Assembly: GCA_951406725.2 (NCBI GenBank)
Contig: OX597823.1
Location: 34,162,001 to 34,226,000, forward strand
DNA from: Octopus vulgaris
Lineage: Eukaryota
Direction of reading: 5' to 3'
Length of the DNA: 64,000 nt
A program made the position numbers and the translations under genes. Below are positions 1-11,089 of the stretch, one piece after another. Numbering within the stretch: position 1 is the stretch's first letter; every line of letters starts with the position of its first letter. Under the pieces are notes generated by a model that worked only from the letters and a program-made list of their open reading frames with translations, was not told the origin of the DNA and ran no database searches.

Positions 1-1966
1 AGGGTAACGCTTTAGATACAAATAATTACAGAGGTATCAAGCTGTTGGATCAGGTAATGAAGGTTATGGAGAGGGTCATAGCCCAACTGATTAGGGAGAG
101 AGTCAGCTTGGATGAGATGAAGTTTGGTTTCGTGCCAGGAAAAAGCACCACTGATGCCATATTTCTGGTGAGACAGCTGCAGGAGAAATACCTAGCCAAG
201 GATAAGCCCCTGTACCTGGCTTTCGTTGACATGGAGAAAGCCTTTGACAGGGTTCCCCGATCCCTTATCTGGTGGTCAATGAGGAAACTAGGGATAGATG
301 AATGGTTAGTGGGAGCTGTGCAAGCCATGTACAGAAACGCTGTAAGTAAGGAGAGGGTTGGCAACCAGTACACTAAAGAATTCAAAGTAGAGGTAGGGGT
401 CCACCAAGGTTCAGTCCTCAGCCCCCTCCTATTTATCATAGTCCTCCAGGCAATAACGGAGGAATTCAACACAGGATGCCCCTGGGAGCTCCTATATGCT
501 GATGACCTTGCTCTAATTGCTGAATCACTATCAGAACTAGAGGCAAAGTTTCAAGTGTGGAGACAAGGATTAGAATCGAAGCGCCTTAAAATCAACCTAG
601 CTAAAACCAAAGTCTTAATATGTAGGAAGGCAGGCAAATCACAAACGCCTTCAGGTAGATGGCCCTGCTCGATCTGTAGAAAAGGCGTAGGTAGAAACTC
701 TATAAGATGCACCCAGTGTAAGCTATGGACACATAAGAGGTGCAGCAATGTCAAAGGAAGGCTAACTGGGAAGATAGTTTTAGTATGTGGCAGATGCTCA
801 GGAGCAATAAACACTGAAAATCCTCAGAGACCAACTTCCGCCACATTCCAGGGAGAAAAACTAGAAGTAGTTGATAGCTTCCGTTACCTAGGAGACCAAG
901 TCAGTAGCGGGGGCGGGTGTGCTGAAAGTGTAACTGCTAGAGTAAGAATAGCCTGGGCAAAGTTCAGAGAGCTCTTACCTCTGCTGGTGACAAAAGGCCT
1001 CTCGCTCAGGACAAAAGGCAGACTGTATGACGCATGTGTAAGAACAGCCATGCTACATGGCAGCGAAACATGGGCTGTGACTGCTGAGGATATGCGTAAG
1101 CTCACAAGAAATGAAGCCAGTATGCTCCGATGGATGTGTAATGTCAGTGTTCATACTCGACAGAGTGTAAGTACCTTGAGAGAAAAGTTGAACCTAAGAA
1201 GCATCAGTTGTGGTGTGCAAGAGAGACGTTTGCGCTGGTATGGTCATATAGCGAGAATGGATGAAGATAGTTGTGTGAAAAAGTGCCACACCCTGGCGGT
1301 TGAGGGAACCTGTGGAAGAGGTAGACCCAGGAAAACCTGGGACGAGGTGGTGAAGAACGACCTTCGAACTTTAGGTCTCACCGAGGAAATGACCAGAGAC
1401 CGAGACCTTTGGAAGTATGCTGTGCGTGGGAAGACCCGGCAGGACAAGTGGGACCAAGTGAGACCATAACCCGTGGCCTCTACCTGGGACGTAGCCAGCC
1501 CACTTATGCATACCGTTCCTTCTTGTGACACAAACCCTACTTGTGAAGACCTGTTGAGGCAAGTGAAAATCAAAATCCAAATCGAAATCTTTCAACATCA
1601 ATGGAAATTGTAGCTGAAATACCAGTGCCGGTGGCACGTAAGAGAACTGCCGGTGGCACGTAAGAGAACTGTCTGAACGTGGCCCTTGCCAGCGCCACCC
1701 CGACTGGCCTCCATGCCGGTGGCACGTAAAAAGCACCATCCGATCATGGCTGTTTGCCAGCCTCGTCTGGCACCTGTGCAGGTGGTACATAAAAAGCACC
1801 CACTACACTCTCGGAGTGGTTGGCGTTAGGAAGGGCACCCAGCTGTAGAAACACTGCCAGATCAGACTGGGCCTGGTGCAGCCTCCTGGCTTCCCAGACC
1901 CCAGTTGAACCGTCCAACCCATGCTAGCATGGAAAACGGACGTTAAACGATGATGATGATGATGAT
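1..1966 (+). mobile_element. RTE-type LINE, 3' portion with 3' UTR ending in (GAT)n
   Basis: ORF2 is followed by a UTR with repeated CCGGTGGCACGTAA units and the tail ...CATGCTAGCATGGAAAACGGACGTTAAAC(GAT)n. Confidence 0.9.
3..1469 (+). CDS. ORF2 (C-terminal part) of an RTE-type non-LTR retrotransposon: reverse transcriptase, PHD-like zinc finger, C-terminal domain; runs off the left edge
   Basis: Frame open from base 3 (NNYRGIKLL). RT motifs FGFVPGKST, FVDMEKAFDRV, GVHQGSVLSPLLF, LLYADD, FRYLG. RTE-type tail RRLRWYGHIARM...RGRPRKTW. Confidence 0.93.
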   Translation, partial: GNALDTNNYRGIKLLDQVMKVMERVIAQLIRERVSLDEMKFGFVPGKSTTDAIFLVRQLQEKYLAKDKPLYLAFVDMEKAFDRVPRSLIWWSMRKLGIDEWLVGAVQAMYRNAVSKERVGNQYTKEFKVEVGVHQGSVLSPLLFIIVLQAITEEFNTGCPWELLYADDLALIAESLSELEAKFQVWRQGLESKRLKINLAKTKVLICRKAGKSQTPSGRWPCSICRKGVGRNSIRCTQCKLWTHKRCSNVKGRLTGKIVLVCGRCSGAINTENPQRPTSATFQGEKLEVVDSFRYLGDQVSSGGGCAESVTARVRIAWAKFRELLPLLVTKGLSLRTKGRLYDACVRTAMLHGSETWAVTAEDMRKLTRNEASMLRWMCNVSVHTRQSVSTLREKLNLRSISCGVQERRLRWYGHIARMDEDSCVKKCHTLAVEGTCGRGRPRKTWDEVVKNDLRTLGLTEEMTRDRDLWKYAVRGKTRQDKWDQVRP

Positions 1967-2047
1967 GTATGTATGTATATAAATAAATATATACACACAC
2001 TTTATATATATATACATATATATTCATATATATAAAAGTATATACAC

Positions 2048-2130
<83 letters not shown>

Positions 2131-2159
2131 CTAGAACTCGACTCCATCGGTCACAAATG

Positions 2160-2500
2160 ACCATGGGTGCACCTAAGAGGTTCCCCTCTGGGGTATAAGT
2201 CTGGGTAGAAAGTCACCTCACCAGCAAACACACAACCTAGGATTATTTTTATGGAAGACCAGCAGTCACCCATGCATACCAGACTCCCTTTTCCACGCCA
2301 CTGATGTTATCCAAGGGAAAGGCAAAGGGGCCAATACAGCTTGGCACCAGTGATGTCATAACTCATTTCTGCAGCTGAATAAACTGGAGCAACATGAAAT
2401 AAAATATCTTGCTCAAGAACACAACATGCAGTCTGGTCTGGGAATCAAACTCACAACCTCATGATCTTGAGCTCGACGCTCTAGTCACTGAGCCATGCAC
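2160..2500 (-). mobile_element. tRNA-derived SINE (related to 8200-8480 and 54370-54620)
   Basis: Reverse complement of the head/core of the 54370 copy (TCTTGAGCAA, GTTGCTCCAGT.ACTCAGC, AAATGAG). Confidence 0.65.
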
Positions 2501-2566
2501 CTTCACACACACACACACATATATATATATATCAAATAAAATCAAAAACAGAACACAAAGGATATC

Positions 2567-2658
2567 GCGGTACACGTGTTTCAAGCTTTATAAACGACCC
2601 CTTTCTTAAATCAGTGTATAATTGATATAAAAGATGGTTTAAAGCTCCCTTCAGCCAC
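2567..2658 (-). ncRNA. Minimal hammerhead-ribozyme-like motif (Penelope pLTR type), degenerate
   Basis: Minus strand: GTGG-CTGAAGG-GAGCTT...AAGCTT-GAAACACGTGTA-CCGC. Palindromic stem III ACACGTGT, GUA site, stem I GTGG/CCGC; A9 is mutated to G. Confidence 0.6.
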
Positions 2659-2849
2659 AAAGATTGTTATTCCAAAGAGTTACATCACACTATAAAAAAT
2701 ATGAAAAGTACGTGTAGTATTACCCGTTATAATAGGTATATCATATCTCCCTGAGAAAGTGCATTTGTAAAATTTCGTAACTGTATAAAGATTCATTGGA
2801 TTTCGAAAATCACATGCTTCTTGGTGACCCTGCAGGAAAGCATGAACTG

Positions 2850-2881
<32 letters not shown>

Positions 2882-3409
2882 GTCTATATACACTTTATAT
2901 ATGTATAATTTACACTTGTGAAGTGGTTTATGTTAGGAAGGGCATCAAGCTGAAGAAACCAAACCAAATAATGTTGGAACCTGGTACAGCTATCTGGCTT
3001 ACCAGTTCCAGTCAAACTGTGTAACCCATGCTGACATGGAAAACAGACATTATATGATTAACAGACAAAGTTAGCAACAGGGGAACTGCAGACCAGCCCA
3101 GTAAGCCAACTTGGCCAGAGAAGTACGTGTAATGTGGAATGTAGTCTTCATCATCCAACTTCAAACCGACTGACCTCTGCCTTTTATACTCACGCACCAA
3201 TCCTCCAAACAGTCACATGCCTTTGTAACATTTTCTTTTATGTTGTGCTGTGTCACCCACCAAACTCCCACTTCTTTCTTTTGCCAACATGTTAATTGTC
3301 CATCTCAGCCATGAGATGGACAATTAGATATAATGTATACGTGATCGATGCCAGGCCTGCTTGACTAGCTCCTGTGCTGGTGGCATGTAAAAAGCACCCA
3401 CTATGACAT

Positions 3410-4950
3410 GAACTTTGTTTACCGATGGAACAAGATGCTTCAGGATATCTTTTTGATGATGCAGACTAATAAGATGGTTCTGAAATTATTGATCTCCTTT
3501 GAAGTGTCCTTCTTAGGGATCCAAACACCTCCAATGTACCTCTATTGGTTAGTAACCCTTCCCATCTGCCAGTTCACTTTCACCATCTTTGAAAGTCATT
3601 GCAAGACTCTCAGACAACATTTACAGACACTGTAAAGTACTCTGCTGGACCCTGGAACAGAAGCAGACTCTGCTGCATAAATATACTTCTGAATTTCTCT
3701 CCAGCTTGGTTCACACATGCCAAACACAGTCATTGTGAGTGCTGGACTTAAGAGGATTTTGTTTTGGCCAAGTTCATGCTTTCCTGCAGGGTCACCAAGA
3801 AGCTGTGATTTCTTTCTTTTGCTCAGCACTTGAGGTTGCCACTTTGCATGTCACCCAGAAATTCTTGGTAAAACCACAGGAGACTATTTAGGCCTTTCTC
3901 TTCTTCAGCTTCTGTACCCTTCTGCTTTGCCAACGATGATCTACTTCTTCAAGATGTCTCACAGCCCTACTAGGAGTCAGTGTTCCTCTTCACTAGCTCC
4001 TTTGTTCTGCTTTTGAAGCCTCCTCAGCTCCTGCAACTGTTGTATTTTGGTGACCATGGGGTTTTTATTGTAGGTTTGTTTTTGTTTTACTTTGATGAAG
4101 CTGAATCTGGCAGATGCATGGCGAACGATGCATGGCTAATGATGCATAGCAAACAATGCATGGCTAACGATGCATAGCTGACGATGATTGTTGTCATTGC
4201 ATTCAGTTGACTCTTAGTGTCACCCTTTGATGTTGTCTGAAGGATCCTGCATACATCTTCAAATTATTGTCACCCACTTTTGTTTGCTGGAAATCATTTG
4301 ATCTACTGCATGGAGTCATGATGGGGAGGTACAACCAGATGATGGGACATGGTACTGTGGGTGAGTCTTGGTTCCTCATGTAACTCACCAGAATGTGATC
4401 TTGGGTATTGCACTTGTTTCTTCTTATCCAAGCACATAGTTCTGGTCTGATAGATTTTGAGGCCATCCAGATTCTTGTATTCTTTGCGAAACAGGCATCT
4501 TGTATTCATCATTCTTTTTCCTTCCACTTGGGGGGAAATTTCTAAATCCATCCTGTTGGGAATCTCATTCTCCCCTACTCTCAGGATCCTTGGGGGTGTG
4601 CTTTATATGGGTCATCTATAGCAAGGAAAGAGTTTTCAAGTTAACTTTCTAGTCCAACTTGCAGTGAATGCCATTTTCTTCATTGTCCACTGACTTTCTA
4701 GAAGTTACCAAACCATTCTTGGTTGACATCTGGTGCTCTCAGTCGTCACTAGTTCACCCAGGTACTTAGTTCCAAGAAACATATCACAGATGCTCTTTGC
4801 ACATGTCATTAATGATGTTTCTAAGGTCTGAAGAAGTTATGGGTCTTTCAACATCAGACCACCCACATCCAAGTGACCCACCTTGGGCTGATCAGTGGCC
4901 TGAACTCTTTACATGAACACCACCTTGTCATGAACACTCCATGTCCTCCT
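3410..4950 (-). mobile_element. Decayed 5' part of a HERO/NeSL-like (RLE-clade) non-LTR retrotransposon; boundaries approximate
   Basis: Broken minus-strand frames give a degenerate N-terminal zinc finger (CLFRKEYKNLDGLKIYQTRTMCL), ILQTTSKGDTKSQLNAMTTIIVSYAS and QELRRLQKQNKGASEEE, which resemble HERO ORF N-termini as recalled. Confidence 0.6.
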
Positions 4951-5376
4951 ACATGGCCCTGCTTTTTGCTTTTTGAGCCATAAATTAACTAACTAACTAT
5001 TATTGTTATTATTATTATCATTACTTTTTTCTTAAAGAAATCATACAAGTGCAATATTTTCACAGTCAATTATACTACAGATCCCATTTTTGAAATATAA
5101 CATCTAAATACAAAGGAACAGAAAAGAAAGAAAAAAAGGTGGTGTAAAGCAGGAGAAGATGGGGGCGATGGACCGCACCCCGCTAGACTAAATGATGTGC
5201 TCAGCCGCGCCCCTTGCTAATGACTACGATGACATTGCCGTGGAGAATGGCCAGAGACATTTGTTGTGGCAGCCACTCCACTTTGCGGGGCTTGTTTCTC
5301 AGACGGGCCGCTGTTATCCAGATTTTGCCAAGGAAATCGATCGTACAATTATTAAATTCGACGGACGTCAGCGATT

Positions 5377-5557
5377 GGTAGCAGACACAAGTTTGAATTT
5401 CTCCGTTTTGACGGGAATTTATCAGACTTTTTTCCCCCGGTACCCCTGGAAATGATGGGGAGCATCTTTTTAGCCAAAAAAAAGGGCACCGTGAAAAAAA
5501 AAAGACATCTGAAAAATCTCCGTCAAATTAAAGAAATTCCAACTTGTGTCTTCTACC
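5377..5557. repeat. MITE-like element with about 38-bp imperfect inverted repeats
   Basis: GGTAGCAGACACAAGTTTGAATTTCT...TTTGACGG pairs with CCGTCAAA...AGAAATTCCAACTTGTGTCTTCTACC. Confidence 0.55.
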
Positions 5558-5843
5558 TATTGTCCACCTTAAATTAGAATAAAAGAAACGTTTGGAGGTG
5601 ACATTCATTATATGGTACTGGCTCTAGTTTTATTGTAGGTTTTATTGCTTCAGTTTGTTTTTATTGTCTTCTATTTAACTGGATATAAATGGAAGTCTGT
5701 GGGTTTTTATTGGTTTATTAATTACCGAACGACTACATTTTAATAACATTAGAATTATTGTGTTATATATTAGTTAACTTGTAATGGTAGATAGAAACAT
5801 GTTTTATATTGTTTAGTTTTGTTCGTTTATCTTTTAACAGTAA

Positions 5844-6356
5844 CTAGCAGTATCGCCCGGCGTTGCTCGGGTTTGTAAGGGAAATAACTATATAAGCATT
5901 TTTAGAGAGTTACTTCCCTTATAGATGCCAATTCGGGCTTTCTTAGCCATTTCTGTTTTGGTGTCTTCAAACCATGAAGTCGTTGTTCTAAAAGAACGCT
6001 GGTCTCCTTGACAACGCTTTACGACGTTGATTTCCTTACACTCCCTTCCCCACAGCTTCACGAGGGAGGGAAGAAGGGGGAGAAGCAAACAGGTGCAGGT
6101 GTGACCATGGACGCCAACTCCGCCGCCATCGACACACGAAAAATTATGCATTAAAATGGAATAAAAAATGATGTTAAATTATTTTTAAAATCGTAGACTC
6201 ATCGTAGACGCGCGCTAATAGCCAGACGAGCTCGATATGAATCACGACTATAAGATACCCGAATTTGGTTAAACTGCACCGCAAAATGTGGGAGTAGTTA
6301 GGAATCTAAATCGAAGGGGACAGACACTCACACAACTACAGTTTTATATATATAGA
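5844..6356 (-). mobile_element. Non-autonomous Helitron
   Basis: Minus strand begins TCTATATATATAAAA and ends CCCGAGCAACGCCGGG (hairpin) + CGATACTG + CTAG; inserted between A and T with no TSD. Confidence 0.85.
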
Positions 6357-6579
6357 TTAGAAATAAAAACGGTTTTTTATTTATTCATTCATTCATTATT
6401 TAATGCCAAAATAGAACAATGTAATTTCCAAACGAGAGCTTTAACTATCTCAATAAGCTTTATGAATAAATAGGAACATTGATTATTTTATGTGATATAA
6501 GAAGGGCGTAAATGGTTGAACAATGGACTAAAGCTACAACAATATTTAGCTTCGTTAGTCTATGTTCCTGAGTTCGTCT

Positions 6580-6738
6580 CTCAGACGACTCCACACGTGA
6601 GTGTCTCCTGATATGACCGCCCCAAAGTTAATGGAATAATCAATAAAAGGGAAGTAACTCTAATTGGCAGCTGTCTGACGGAACCAAGCACCTGGCTGTT
6701 TCGTGTCGAACTTCTGAGTAGTGTCTAAGAAAGGAACA
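6580..6738 (+). promoter_or_regulatory. Candidate PTS promoter and non-coding first exon
   Basis: Locally CpG-richer unique DNA with CACGTG (6594-6599) and CCGCCC. Consensus donor GTAAGT at 6739. The first coding exon has an acceptor 4 nt before the ATG, so an upstream UTR exon is expected. Confidence 0.4.
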
Positions 6739-7327
6739 GTAAGTATCTTATAATAATGTATGCTGTTTATAAGCAAGAACCAACTATTTATTTGTTTATT
6801 CTCATAATAAATAGAGCGTAGTGTTTCTGTTTCTTTTTCTCTCTCAGTCTTTCTAATATCTTTAGAATTAGTAACTATAAGATTTTGTTTACGCTGTCAG
6901 CTGTCCGGGCGCGTACTCAATCGATCTGTTCTATCGTTAAATACATTTAGCTAAACGGATGAACAAGTGTTGTTTATATCATACACGTTGTATTGTTGTA
7001 AATGGCTACGACCCCGTTTATCAAAAGACCGTTTGTATTTCTGTGTCTTGCTTGTGCGACAAATGTTGTTTTTTTTCTCTCTGAAACTGAGTGTTAGGAC
7101 TAAAACACACGTCTTTTATTCATTTAAGCTTGGGATATTTTAACACCTCATTCATTTACTTTGATGTTATCAACCGTTTTAAAGCAAAAAGAAAAGAAAG
7201 AAAAACAAAACTGGTCTTCGAATTTTTGAGACTTGCATGACAAAAATTACTGAAATGCCAAGAAAAAAAAAATCAAATTAAATTATTTTTAAATAAAAAA
7301 TAATAATAGACAGTAAAAATAATTGGG

Positions 7328-7459
7328 CAATCTTTCGAAGAAAGTATATGAAAAGTGAAACTATTTGCTTGTCAATTTCCGTAAAAAATTATTATTTTTT
7401 TGATATTTTTTTTTCAGCAGAATCAGTTATGTTTATACATTTTTTTGTGTATGTATATT

Positions 7460-7520
<61 letters not shown>

Positions 7521-7739
7521 ATAAGTATGTGTATTTGTGTATGTATACATGTATATACACATACGTACACAAGTATACATACATGCATATATGCATATAA
7601 GCACATACATATACTTACATACATAAACAAAAAATGCATAAACATAATCTATTCAGCTAAAATAAAATTAAAGAAATAAATTTTTTTTACAGAAATTGCC
7701 AAACAGCTTCACTTCTGGTGTACTTTCTTTGAAAGATTG
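7328..7739. repeat. Old fold-back/MITE-like element: about 130-bp imperfect inverted arms around a (TA)n microsatellite
   Basis: CAATCTTTC...TTATGTTTATACATTTTTT pairs with AAAAAATGCATAAACATAA...GAAAGATTG. Confidence 0.55.
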
Positions 7740-9534
7740 ACAAAAAGTGCTTTACAAAAACCCAATGAGGAATCTGCTTTTTAAAGGAATTTGTCTACTA
7801 ATGACCTGAATAATGGCATGTGTTTTGTGGTAGGCTTCTTAATTATCAAAGAGACATATTGGTATTGGACCATTTTCATTTACTGTAAATATAAAATACT
7901 TCTGTGGTGTCACATAAGTGACACCCATGCCAGTGGCACATAAAAAGCACTCATTACACTCTTAGAGTGGTTAGGAAGGGAATCCAAGCCAAATCGACTT
8001 TGCCTTTCATCCTTTTGGGGTCGATAAATTAAGTACTAGTTACGCACTGGGATTGATATAATCGACTTAATCCATTTGTCAGTCCTTGTTTGTCCTCTCT
8101 GTGTTTAGCCCCTTGTGGGTAGTAAAGAAATAGGTATGTAGGTGGGGGACACACCCAAAAACATACATACACACATGTATGCATGCATACATATAGGTGG
8201 GGGGGTAACTCCATCGGGTATGGTGATAAGTGTTCTAGTAGCTGAGTACACCACAGACATGTGTTCTCTTAACATAGTCCTCATGGAGATTCAGCACGAA
8301 CTAGAATGTGATGAAGCTGACCTTTGAATTACAAGTACAACTCATTTTCACCAGCTGAGTGGACTGGAATTATGTGAAATAAAGAGTCTTGCTGAAGGAC
8401 ACAATGTGTCACCAGGAATCAAACCCGTAACCTTGTGATTGTGAGCCAAAAATTCCAACCACTGATCTATGTGCCTTCAAACACAAACACACACATCTTC
8501 ATCATTTAACGTCCCTTTTTCTGTGCTGGCATCGGTTGGATGGTTCCACAGGAACTGACCAGACAGAAGACTGCACCGGTCTCTGCTGTCTGCTTTGGTA
8601 TTTTCTCTACCACTAAATGGCCTTATTAACACCGACTACTTTACAGAGTGCACTGGGTGTTTTGTATGTGGCACGAGCACCAGTGAGGTCACCAAGTAAT
8701 TTCCAAGACAAAAAGCCATCAACTGAGGGGTGGGGCAGTAGTATTGAAGGACAGAAAAAGGAATCTTGCATTAGAGGGGAAGCCTGGCTGCCTCAGGTGA
8801 GGAGGGAGAAGATGGTGGTGACAGCGAGTGGGCCAGGGGAAGGAGAGTGGGTGGGTGAGTTCATGAGATTGCACAGGTAGAGGGGTGGATGTATTGGGAT
8901 GATGGGTTGTTGGGAAGAGATTCAACTGAGACATACTGTGTGCAGGTAGGTATGTGGGGGAGGGCAGAGTGGATGCAGAGGTGAGTGAGCATGGTTGGGA
9001 GAAAGCAATGTTGGGAAGATGGGTTGTGGTGGGAGGACTCTACAGGCTTCCACACAGTTTCTATCTGCCAAATTCACTTCTAAAGCATTTCAGTTGAGAG
9101 CCAAAAGAAGACATTTTCCCGAGGTGCCACAGAGTGGGACTGAACCCCAAACCATGTGGTTACAAATTCAGCTTCTTAGCCACTCAGCCACATTTGCACC
9201 TGTTGTCATCATCATCCTTTCGTGTCTGTTGTCCATGCTGGCATGGGTTGGACGGTTTGACCAGAGTTGGCAAGCAGAAGAGCTACACCAGATTCCTGAA
9301 TATGGTTTCTACGGCTGGATGCCCTTCCTGATGCCAACCACTTGATAGTATGTGCTGGATGCTTTTAACATAGCATTGGCACAAGCATTTCCATGTGGCA
9401 CTGGCACAAATACTGTTTATGTGGCACCTGCACAGGGTCCTTGTAGGCCAATCCTCTTAAAAAAAAACAGAATCCTATTTTAAATACTCTGATCCATCTC
9501 ATCAAATTATCCATTGGAGAAATTTATAGAAATT

Positions 9535-9940
9535 GAATGAACATTATTTACATTTGACAGATATTTGTCCTCATCTTGTTTGTTGTTAACACGTTTCGGC
9601 TGATATACCCTCCAGCCTTTATCAGGTGTCTTGGGGAAATTTCGAACCTGGATTCTCATTCCTAAGGTATTTTTCAGTGTTATTATTATTGGGTATATGG
9701 CATAGTGGTTAAGAGTATGGGCTACTAACCCCAAGATTCCAAGTTTGATGCCAAGCAGTGACTTGAATAATAATAATAATAATAATGACATCAAAAAATA
9801 TCTTAGCAATGAGAACCCAGGTTCAAAATTTCCCCAAGACACCTGATGAAGGCTGGAGGCTATAACAGCTGAAACGTGTTAACAACAAACAAGATGAGAA
9901 CAAATATCCGTCAAATGTAAATAATTCCTCGTCTCTTAAA
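9535..9940. mobile_element. Fold-back element: tRNA-like head + (AAT)n + hammerhead-containing unit, preceded by an inverted copy of that unit
   Basis: 9543-9690 is the reverse complement of about 9775-9925. tRNA-like segment at 9691-9765; CTGATGA 9843-9849; GAAAC 9871-9875. Second copy at 34761-35490. Confidence 0.75.
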
Positions 9941-10456
9941 TATAGAAATTAAAATATATAATATAGAAATATAGAAATTAAAATATAGGTAAATTAAAAT
10001 ATGTTAATATTAATATATTCAAAAATGAGGGTGAAAAAATTAGATATTAATTTAATAATACCCTTATTTTAACACCAAGCGACCTAGCACAATAAACCAG
10101 GGAGAATATTTACGGATTAATATTAATATATTAATCTTTAAAGGCAAATTCACTGCAGTTGCTGTGGAAAAAATTCTCGCATATGTTAAAAGGTGTAAAA
10201 ACAGTAACAGTCCACTAGGGGGAGACACTGAGAAGATATGATGTTTTTACACTGTGAGGGTTTTTTTTCCATAAGTGAGGGTTTTTTTTCCTCCATGGTA
10301 GCTGTAGTGAATTTGCCTTTAGAAGTTGAAATATGACATGAACATTTTTTAACTAACCTCATGTTGTTTTATTCTTCGTCACTGCTCATACTATTGTATT
10401 TATTCTGACCGGGGAGTCTGAGAGTGCAACTCAGTCACTGATATTCACTGTTTTAA

Positions 10457-10679
10457 CCCATTAAGTCCCAGAGTACTTAAATTTCTGAATATTACTGTAA
10501 AATTTTGACAGATGATTGAAAATAGGTTAAAATGAAAAAAAAAATTATCAAAACTCCTTTACTTCAAGTAGAAATAGAAATACTTGGTGTCCTATAAATA
10601 GGACACTGAGACAATGTGATATAGCTTCTTCAATGTTCTCATTTAGTGTCCTATATATAGGACAGTGGGACTTAATGGG
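10457..10679. mobile_element. piggyBac-type MITE
   Basis: TTAA TSD on both sides; perfect 14-bp TIR CCCATTAAGTCCCA/TGGGACTTAATGGG; internal TGTCCTATA.ATAGGACA palindromes. Confidence 0.85.
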
Positions 10680-11012
10680 TTAAGATAAAGCTATGGCATT
10701 AGAATCTACTCAAGTTATCTCCCTTCAGTATCTCCTATTGAGGAAGGCTAAGGAGGTAGAAACAAGTCTGGGAATTTGCTAAAGAGAAATACCAAGCAGA
10801 TATGGTATTTTACACCTTTTACCATAAGTGAGAATTTTCTGTCCATGATAACTGCAGTGAATTTGTCTTTGGACATTAAAATATGCCACAAACCTATTTT
10901 AACTAACCTAAAGTTCTTTTATTCTTCATCACTGCTTAGCGCTGATATTGTATATTTTAATATATTTCCTGTTTTAGTATTTATATTTTTTCTTAAATGG
11001 CCTTCCAGTAAA

Positions 11013-11089
11013 ATGCCCAGTGACAATGACCGACCAGTTGTCTTGGCCCGCCGTATCGAAACATTTAGTGCCTGCCATAGATTACACAA
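11013..11089 (+). CDS. PTS: PTS coding exon 1
   Basis: [25 protein letters not shown]; acceptor TTCCAG ends at 11008, donor GTAAGT at 11090. Confidence 0.93.

Noticed and set aside
50-1573. Antisense and alternate-frame ORFs overlapping the RTE ORF (likewise within 45411-47939)
   Set aside because: Shadow frames of the LINE ORFs.
5192-5455. 87-aa ORF in a CpG-rich patch
   Set aside because: No recognisable homology, and it runs into a MITE-like inverted repeat; coding status is unsupported.
9691-9765. tRNA gene (ACT anticodon), and similar heads at 18500 and 54370
   Set aside because: Acceptor and T stems do not pair properly; these are repeat heads, not functional tRNAs.
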